In this document: one piece after another, positions 54,959-64,000 of the stretch
How the letters are laid out: every line of letters starts with the position of its first letter
Numbering within the stretch: position 1 is the first letter of the stretch
Assembly (NCBI GenBank): GCA_001949185.1
Contig: BDGG01000001.1
Coordinates: 5,073,624-5,137,623, forward strand
Direction of reading: 5' to 3'
Source of the DNA: Ramazzottius varieornatus
Taxonomy: Eukaryota > Animalia > Tardigrada
Length of the DNA stretch: 64,000 nucleotides
The notes under the pieces: model-generated
Seen by the model: only the letters and a program-made list of their open reading frames with translations
Told to the model about the DNA's origin: nothing
The model's database searches: none
Position numbers and translations under genes: made by a program

Positions 54959-56459
54959 TAGAAGACCATCAGACCATCACATGTTGAAATTGGGACTATG
55001 GAGGTTATCGTGTTCGTATTATGATAACTAATTAATCCCTTACCGCTTCAAACGACGATGGTTTTTTAATGGGGCTGTTTGGCAAACTGCTTTCACTTTC
55101 GGAATTATACGGCACAAGCAAAGGAAATCTGCAACCCAAAAGCGTGATGGTCATTATTCAATTTGTTTTCATGATCTGATATTTTTCTAATGGCTTAATG
55201 GCTAAAACGCGAATGTCCACTTACGATGATTTCTCTCTGCTGTCGTTTTCGGCCTCATTTCCGCTGGATGACTCCTCCATGACCCAAAAGTGGCGACCAA
55301 GAGGCAGAATAACACTCACGAAAATATCGGATTACGTTTCAAATAACAGTATCAAAAAGACGGAAATGAGGAACAAAACGTCGAACGTTATTGCATTTGT
55401 GCATCAGATACTGATGAAGCAATATCGCTATCGTGTGAGCGCCAAAAGATTTCTCATTTAAGGCTGGTCCTTCACTTTGTCTGTAAAAAATTGTCTGTAA
55501 AAAATCACATTGTCTGTAAAAAATCTCCCTGCAGCTTTGTTGTTCTGTTGCAGACTGGCGCCCTTCACGGTCTCAACATTAGGAGCGTGATAAGCCGGTC
55601 GAGTTGCATCGGTGGCCGTTACTGCGTAGTTATGTGAATTCACGTACAGAGACAACATTCCATTTTTGGAGAATATTATTCGGAAAATTTTCGGCTGCAT
55701 ATTGTATTTTTAATTTTTAAAATGTACGTCAGTCCAGATACAGAGTACAGATCCAGAGGAAATCCAGATACAGGGATCCACCGATCCAGTCCAGGCCCTG
55801 GTTTCAGCATATGCCACGGGCCACCGTGTAAAAGGTTTTGCATGAAATATTACACATATGCAGAGTAAGAAGAATACTTTGTGATGACTTTCGAATAACA
55901 ATTCGCTAACAGAGCTGGTACAGAAAACATTGCCTGCTACCGCACAGGCAGTAAACGAGCTGATTACTGTTGTGAAACCCTGCGGTCGCAGTTGGGCACA
56001 GTAACTGGAATAATCTGGCCTGATCAGATTTTAATAAACCTTTTCGCATTATTCCTCGTCCGCACAGTAGAGACACGAAAAAGTCATTAGATTGCCACCA
56101 CATGGTCACAGCCGCCAAACGGTCTTCTGAGAGCTGTAGCACAACACAGATCGAATCTCTCGTACGATGTAACGTTATATGCCCATAATGGGTTAACCCA
56201 CTAGATAAGATAGTGTAGGGTCACTGCAGTCATCTTGCCTTCAATGACGTGAAAACTGTAATGGAAAATTATAAGTCACAATATAAAACTAGTTGTGAAT
56301 GACCGCGAGGAACTTTGGAAACTGATTGTTATCCAATAGGACATGTCCTCGCAGTGAAGCTGCCGGGTGCAAAAAGTGAATTAGCCGATATCAAGATCCA
56401 AAGTTAGAATCGACAGTTAAAGGGCTCCACTAAGGCCGAAAAGACTAAGCGAGAATCAT

Positions 56460-57020
56460 TATTAATCATTGGTCAAGTGGCACCATGTGCGACCCCTTAC
56501 TTTCAGTGAGGCTGGGCTCTCCACGTAAGTCTTTCCATCTGACAACTGTTTCAGTCCCTCTTGGATACGCCGACCTCTATCCCTAGCCACCACCATCCTG
56601 CCTTTGTGTGCGGGCTTGATGACAATCGATGGATCGTTTCGTAATTGTTTCAGTGCAAGTCGTTCCCCGGAAAACAAGCTGTCAGTAGTTTCTTGAGGCA
56701 ACGAAGCCTCGATCCTCGTAAAGAAAGTCTGTTCTTCCACTTCTAGGAACTCTGCTAACTCGGCCCATTTCCGTTAGAATTCGACCGTGTGGTTCTTGGC
56801 CACATTTGGTGTTCGGAATCTGGCTTTGACTCTTTGGTCCACTTCTTGATTCCTTGGGGTTTACGGAACAAGTCATCATGAGCTTGGGTGTTCGCAGGGA
56901 CAAGGGCTTTTGGTACGAAGCTCAGGCCTTTTCCAAGCAATTTCTTCTGACGCCAAGTCTTGCCATGTCCAGCACATTTCCGCACTGCAGACGCTTTAAC
57001 TTTCGCATTCGAATATATCA
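56460..57020 (-). mobile_element. Degenerate Penelope-like retroelement fragment (N-terminal to RT)
   Basis: LLGKGLSFVP and ERLALKQLRNDPSIVIKPAHKGRMVV...LKQLSDGKTY match the PLE LxKGLxFxP and IKPADKG motifs; broken frames. Confidence 0.7.
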
Positions 57021-60000
57021 TGCCTTCTCTGCACTATGGACAAGAGCAGTGTTAGTTTCGTTCGCACGTAATTTAAGACAGATGGATCTGCAGATTCGCT
57101 CGCCCACATTGACGATGTAATTTATAACATTCACGTGGCTGAGGTTTCGCAGGTAAACAAAGTTTAGTTGAGCTGCTTGCGCATGTTGAAGCGACAATCA
57201 ATGGCGTGCTTGTTGTCGTCGATTCTAGTCGCTTGAGTTATCTGTCGTGCAGTGTTACCGACTAGTGAACGAAACATTTGTTGTGAAGTTAAGACTATCA
57301 GATTCGTTTTTGGGGTTGGTGCGCGATACGGCGTGCTGTTTCGTCTACGTTGATATTTAGTATTTCTAAACGGCCGTGTTTGCTGCCGGTAACTGACTAG
57401 GAGCTGGTGTTCGCTGTGCTGACCTGGTTTGTCGGTCTGACTCTTCAGCTATTCGGCGTCGGTAATAAGCAGATGGTAGGAAAACTTCTCCTGGTGAAAG
57501 TGCAGAAACTTGCGGACTAAGCGTGTCATTTGAAGTTCGGTACACTGACGATGGCGTGCGCCGGCCTTTTCCGTTGCGGGCTGTAGTGGCTGGGTAGAGT
57601 GTCAGTTGATCGACACGGACGGGAGATGTCGTTCCTCCAGTATGAACGTTAGAATCCTCCCGGTTGGCTCCAAAATGTCACGGGTTAGAATCGGTGACGG
57701 TACCACGTACGACACAACGTTAGGCAATAGGCATAGGTTTATTGGTAAGTAAGAGGCTAGGACTGAAGTGTAGCACGACAGAACGAGTTGGAGAACGGAA
57801 ATAACAACTGGCGCACTGCGTTGTAAGCAGTCGCTCAAATAGCAAGTGCTAAAGACAACAGCGGTCCAACCGGTGGTGTCAAGCGGTATTGTAGATATGC
57901 ATTACAAGAGATCAGTAATTAACCTCTCCGGTACGAAATCAAATAGCGATACATCATCAAATAGCGAAAGAAACTAGTACACCGTCCCGCTACTTGTCAT
58001 ATGCCGCATGCTAGTACGTGAAGACGTATTTGGGGCGGAACGGCTGCCGGCTAAATTATCTTGGCTTTGATTCCTCACCAGACATACCTGGATAGTCTGA
58101 ATACCATCCCGACTGTCTCTGACCATCATCAGGTGGAAAACATTAGGCTTATTAAGATTAATTGGCTTGTAGCCAGTCTTCCTGGTAGAAGATGGATTTC
58201 GCCAGCGGCTGTCACACGGATCTCTTTATTAAACGTTCAAAACCGAAGGTTCATTATTGTGGTGCTGATTTACGATGATGAGACGGACTTTTGATAAATT
58301 CCAAAGCCCGATATGTCGACAGTAAAATATAATGTGAGTGAACCAAAAGCAAATCAGCTCCGATACTGTTTGGGATATCTTTATAACGTTAGCGCAAATC
58401 GTCTGAGATATCCACAATTAGTTTACTGGATCTCAAACTCCACTAAGTGTAGGTAGTCTCCGTGGGCAACGTGGTTCTTTCAACGGACGAAGTAACAGCT
58501 GAAATGAAGTTTGAAGCGAGCCAAAAAGATCGATCGTTGCTCTGGAGTCTGGAGGCTTCTTAGGGGGAGTGGTGCTTTTGCTGGTAGTGGGCATGGACGC
58601 TGGAAGTTTCGGAGGTGCCGCAGATGTTTCATCGGCGGAGTTAGTCCACAATGCATCACCACCGTCCGCGGCAGCAGTCACAGGCTTAGTTAATCAACCG
58701 ACTTGGTCAAGCCAAACAGCCATGGGGCCGGAAAATTTCAATGTGGAAAAACAGCTGGGGAACAGAAATGTTAAGCCTGACGTCACGGCTCGAACCAGGC
58801 CGTGTGCATGGCAGTGTACATAACCTGCACACATTGAACCGTCAAGTGGGCGAAGCCGGGTTAGACTGAATTGACCAACCCGACTTCCAGTCGATAGTTA
58901 CATGACGAGCACTACATACTGCCACCAATTTTTTTCCACATCGGCTTTTGCGTAGCGGCATGGCTGAAGCCACAATCTCTCCAGATTTTAATCTTCCGTC
59001 CCCGCACCGAGAATACGGAGATTTTCGAGATTTTTCTGTCGTTGAAGAGCCTAAAAGCTCTACTGTGATTCAGCAAGGCAGCACAGAATGTAAAAAAGGA
59101 CCTTTGCTGAGCAATCCAGAATCACGTCTGCCGATATCTCCAGGTAATGAACCGCGCAGCACGGAGAATGATTTCCGGTCAAGTCAATCTCGTTCGGTTC
59201 TGGAAAGTTATGGCAAATGACATCGGTCGGCACATGTGGGATATACTGTAATCGTCCGGTAAGTCCAGAACGGTGATGGTTGGGAAGACGTGGTTGGGAT
59301 GGAAAGGCGAAGTTCGGAAGATCATCTTTGAGCAGCTTTCTCTGACACTCACAGCTGGCCACACAGTCCAGTTCCAGCAGCTGACTTGCAACAGTCACTC
59401 ACCAGCCTAGCTATGAGAAGGTCGAACATTGCTGCATTATTCCAACCGATTCCAGGACGAATAACCTGATCGTAGAAGAAAGAGGAGCAAAGCACGAAAC
59501 GGATATTCCAGATCACCTCAAGCGGATCTTACTTCTAGCCACACACAAGGCACCCACTGCGTCGACGCGAGTAGTATTAATATTTGAGTTGTGAGTCCAC
59601 TCGACCTAGGACGGCGGGGGCAAATAAAATGCCAACCGATCACGTCATGCTTTGATAGGGTATCGATCAACTGATTAAGGTAGTGATGGAATTTTCTCGC
59701 CTTAAAAATATTTACATACACGACGCTAGAGTTATTAGGAAAAACCTGCGACCTATCGGCTTAGGATTATCCACGAAACTTCCAAGCAAGATACCGCAAG
59801 GAAAATTATGTTTCTATTGTTCGATAGTTACAGTAGCGAAATCTAGCGAGCCTGAGAGCCTTCCCAAACTACAACAGAATCTGTTCGCCCTAGTTCAGCA
59901 GACAAAGTGTGTTTGCGCTTGGAGAAATAGACGTCCGGGTGCGGGGGGTCCCCTGGAGGTAACCCCTGGTTACCGTGTTGTAAGAGGGGTGACTCGTCTG

Positions 60001-60490
60001 TGCGAACAAGTTGTGCGAGGGTTGCCGCCTCTTGACCATCACTTCTCCCGGGCCACTCTGTACTCACCGCCCAATGGCGGAACCTTCCATGTCAAACGTA
60101 CGAGGAACCGCGCCGGTTGAAGCGAGCTGGTTTGTCAGGCTTACCCTAATGAAGTGGCGCCAGATCTTACGATGAAATCCGCCTGTTGATATGGCCGGGC
60201 TCTTCAGGGCTGCCCCGCCAAACTCGCGCATTTTCAGAAACAATTTTAATTTCTCGTTTGAGCCTGTAAGTATGCCAATGTCCAGTTTGGGATTTTGGAT
60301 TTTCGAACGAATCTGAAGTTCGTTTTTGAAACGGATGACCTGGGAATTTTTTTATGAATTTATGAAGTATAAGATGGATATTAAAAATTAATCTGAGAAG
60401 ACAGAAGAACTCTTTCATCTTCTGTCTTGTCCATTAACATCATGGCGGTATCTTTAGCTACTACCTACAAAAGAAAAAGTAAAAAATGGT

Positions 60491-61090
60491 TCATGGTTCT
60501 ATGTGGATGAAGATCGTGTAAAGATTCACACCTGGAAAGAGATGGCGGAAAGTGAGTCCTCTTTTGATCCAGTCTAGTTCATCCCTAATCCATTTCCGAA
60601 GGTCTCCGACATTCCCACCCAGCTGCCACTTCTTCTGGAATAATTTGCCGCCCCTTTTCCTTCTGGCATCGGTCGTTTCTCGATCGTCGGCAGTGGACCG
60701 GAGAGTGTATGTGCCGGCAAAGTTATGGTCGTTGTACTTCTTGGTCGCCGTGGTGAGTTGACGCTGAGCCCTCACCAACTCCGCTCGAAATCCCTGTTTT
60801 CGCTTGATATAAAATGCAGCGATCCATTGACGGATGTTTCCCTTTGCCTCCGAGACTGACAGCATCTGAAGCCGTTCCAGCCTGTCGATTTCGGCAAACC
60901 AGCCGACAAGGCCCCAGAATGCTGTATCAGCACGCGATCTTTGGCAATTTCTCTGCAAGAAAAGTAGTTCATCGTTCAGCGTTTCGTATTTTTGAGATTC
61001 AGGTTCGTACGCCCTAGCGATCGGTAATTTGACTAAGCATCTACATAACGCTTTATGGGCAAGTTTCACGACATTGCCAATGGTCTAATA
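60491..61090 (-). CDS. Hypothetical protein exon (orphan)
   Basis: ~190-codon open frame bounded by plausible AG/GT sites; no recognisable family. Confidence 0.35.
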
Positions 61091-61496
61091 TGCAGACAGA
61101 TGACGATAAATACAAATTGAATGTTAATAAGTAAATTTTGAGCAAACTTACTGGTACACCCGAAGCGCAAAAATCCAGTGGAAAAAACAAGAGGTGGAAA
61201 AAACCATAAAATAACCATGGATATCTGCTCAATCATGCCCCACGTGTCGTACTTCAGTTATGAGGGAGTTTTTCTGTGACTTTTGCAGTTGGAGGAATTT
61301 CTGGAAGAGAAATAGAGCACACGCTAATTATATACTGTACAGAGTCAGCATACGTTTTCCCGATGAACACTTAAATCTTAGTATGTATACAGAGCAAACA
61401 ACTCGGCTCTCATTGTTGTCCAAAGTGGCGCATCTTTGCACCCAAAATCGCCAAGAACGTGCGCCAATTAGTAGACCGACCTGGTCAAGCTAGTTT

Positions 61497-64000
61497 CAGG
61501 GATGAGCAGTCATGAGAACTGGAACATTTCGCTTCGCTACCGCTTTGCTTCGATCTTACTTCCCGCTTTTGTTTCGCTATGGATTTTCGAAGGTCGCTTT
61601 CCGCCATGGACCGCTATAGAAATATTTTTGAAAATATTAATTTTTACTGCAAACATTTTGCAGCAATTAGATGCTTGCTCTTCCGGATTAGATCAAGAAG
61701 GTCTTGATTGACATTACAAAATAATAGTCTCTCGAAGTTCAGATCATTGGTACGAAGTCTAATCTCATTAAGAATTCTTCCCGAAATACTGAAAATTCGC
61801 TCGATACCAGCGGTAGTCGCAGGCGCTTATAAGATTTGCTTAGCTATCACACACATCCTCTTGAAAATATCTTGCGTTCAGTCGTTGTTCAGATAGAGCT
61901 CATATTCTGCTTCAACCGTAATCGCTGGACTCTGCTTAGTCTTGGCCAGAGGGACTTCGTCTTCCATAAAGCTGAACAATTCCGATGCTCCTTCGGCTTT
62001 CTTCGACGCACTGAAAGAACAAACCAGCCTAGTGAATATACGCAAATTTCGGTATTGTCTCGTAGTGATATATTTATCTCTTTTTTTAATATTTGAAAAT
62101 CAAAGCATACCTTCTGCTACTGCTTGCGAGAGGAGTGGTATCGCAAGGTCCTGCTAACTTCACTTCTCGCATCATACGCAGAATGACCTCCCGGGTTCTT
62201 TTTTCGGTTTCGACAGCTCTCTTTGATCCTCTGCAAAAACGTAGCTTGAAAGAGGGATCTAAAAACGAAGCCGCCAAGTACAAGTCATCTTCCTCCAGTT
62301 TGTCGAACCGTTCTTCGAGAAGTCCAAGTAGCTCCAAGGTGAAGGCTTCCAGCAACGGGTACTCTCCAGCAGCCACTAAATTGTGCAAATGCACCCGAAG
62401 ACCGTACAAAATAGGCAATACCTGACAGATGGCCGGTATGCTATCACGTTGCAATCCCAGAAAGGCCGTTTGAAACGGCGCAGTCGTTTTAACGAACTTT
62501 TTCAAAATGATTTCGTAATCAGGAGAAAGACGGTACTTCTTCTCAAGACCCGCTTTGTCCCAGTCCATCTGCAACGCGTGCTCGGCCATGATGAAGTTGC
62601 TGTTCCAGCGAGTGGCACAACGCGCTTTCAAGGCTCGTCCGAACTCTTTCTCCACAGCTTCTGTCATGCTCACGGAATGCCGAATGCTCGAAACAACTGA
62701 CGCCAGCGCTTCTACCGCTTTATTGACCCACTGCACAGTTTTTCACGGGCTTTTTGACCACTAGCTGTAGTGAATGTGGCACACATCGAACCTACGAGAA
62801 AACCAAATAATACAAATGGTAACCCAACCGAGCAGAAATATTTGAAAAGTTTCGTGAAGCTCGGAAAAAGTATCGCACCAGAATTTTTCTTTCAGGCAGT
62901 AAACAATATTTTTGGAGGAGAAGTTCCGCTACTTCATTAGCCAAGTTGTTGTCCACGTCGAGTTCCTCAGGATCGACGGGATCGAACTCTTCGTCATCGG
63001 CAGCCGTTTCTTCGAGTTCTTGAATATCTTCCTGATGGCTTTCTTGTTGAAGTGAGTCATCATCTGCAACAAACCGCGAGTAAATGCAAGATACTTTTCC
63101 AGTCAGACAAGTGACTAAACTGTAGGAAAGTTTAGATGGCGGTACCTGAGCTATCGGCAGGGCTGTTGAATCCATAGAACTGCTGAAACCAGTCTTTGAA
63201 CGCGCAAATGATATTGCTCCCATTGTCCGTACCCACGTAGAAGATCTTCCTTGGCAGACCGTAATCCGCAATCACCTCCACTGTCAAGTTGAGTATCGCT
63301 TCAGCTGTGTGTGAGCCTTTGAAGCGAGGACCGGCGAGAAGGAAATTGAGGAAGCGGAAGTTCTCGTCGATGAAATGGACACTGATGCCGAGGTACCCAC
63401 GCTGACGTTTACTGCTCCAAATGTCGATGATCATCGCCACTGCGTCTGCTTTGTCCAGCAGTCTGACTAGCGCAGCTTTGATATTGACGTACTGCGCAGG
63501 TAGAAGCGTTTTGACGATTCGGTGCCTCTTCGACCACTACAAGTACGAAAAAGCTGTCTCGATATGACGTCATGCGCCCATATGGAAAATAATAGGCTTT
63601 AACTCCAAACCACTGTCTGCAACTTTGATAGCTTTATCAAAGGACGAGTGACCGAGCACGGACGGCGCGATCAGAGTTTGCACCTGGATAAGAGCTACGG
63701 CTTCGTCCAGACGGATCTGCTGGGGATGCTTCCGTCCAAGTCGCTTCTTCTTCGCCGAAGGAAAGTAATCGACGAACGTACCATTGTCCGCTTTTCGTTT
63801 CGCTTCTTCCGACGATGCACAGAACGTTACCACCTCCTAGTACCAGCAATAAAATCGAAAACAAGGTTACGGGAATTCAATCCCAGCTATCCGGGTAAAT
63901 ATGATGGCTGTTAAAGTTCCGGAGAGGGGAACATCACCTGGTTTCTGTTGTGGAAAGTCAACACATGGCTTTTGAAGTTACTGTAGCCGTCCCGGGATGA
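61497..64000 (-). mobile_element. hAT element with decayed transposase (61644 to beyond the window end)
   Basis: BED end SNFKSHVLTFH (~63950); IIDIWSS (D1); VGTDNGSNI (D2); RCVPHSLQL; ATRWNS; FLDPSFK; PATTAGIERIFS (E); several frameshifts; candidate terminus CAGGGATG at 61497 followed by short (t)tcgct repeats. Confidence 0.85.

Larger units (their letters stand above)
50415..55815 (-). mobile_element. Complete Mutator-like element (MULE), 5401 bp
   Basis: ~110-bp TIRs starting GGCATATGCT(A/G)AAACCAGG; perfect 9-bp TSD acgggccac (50406-50414, 55816-55824); internal transposase and chromodomain ORF. Confidence 0.93.

Noticed and set aside
57540-57570. Hammerhead ribozyme near the Penelope fragment (ctgacga-tggcg-tg-cgcc)
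   Set aside because: The required GAAA after stem II is absent.
57676-58220. Solo LTR starting TGTCACGGG
   Set aside because: No matching CA end with a TSD could be found.
58433-59400. Degenerate LRR/receptor gene
   Set aside because: One LRR-like phrase (FPEPNEIDLTGN) and inconsistent frames; not supportable.

Overview
Eukaryotic (metazoan, compact-genome invertebrate) scaffold DNA with short GT-AG introns and one 50-N gap (47565-47614). The species cannot be fixed from the sequence. The first ~39 kb is a gene-dense housekeeping block: a small Tudor-like gene, PTEN, a decayed tandem pair of orphan genes, a SPOP-like MATH-BTB gene, a GT31 beta-1,3-galactosyltransferase, SOD2 head-to-head with jagunal, a short iPLA2-beta, and PSMD4/Rpn10 head-to-head with an extended-synaptotagmin-like gene. 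It is interrupted at 23-30.5 kb by a BED-finger/Sola-like transposase locus and several MITEs. From ~39 kb on, the window is a DNA-transposon cluster. It holds a decayed CACTA/EnSpm element with a divergent BEN-like gene, a RING + chromodomain (+ RFX-like winged helix) gene, a fully delimited 5.4-kb MULE (~110-bp TIRs, 9-bp TSD) carrying a chromodomain ORF, a Penelope-like RT remnant and a decayed hAT transposase. The most interesting theme is chromatin-reader, ligase and DNA-binding modules carried in or beside cut-and-paste transposons, a candidate targeting or anti-silencing system. Exon structures and domain calls were read by eye and need RNA-seq and HMM confirmation.
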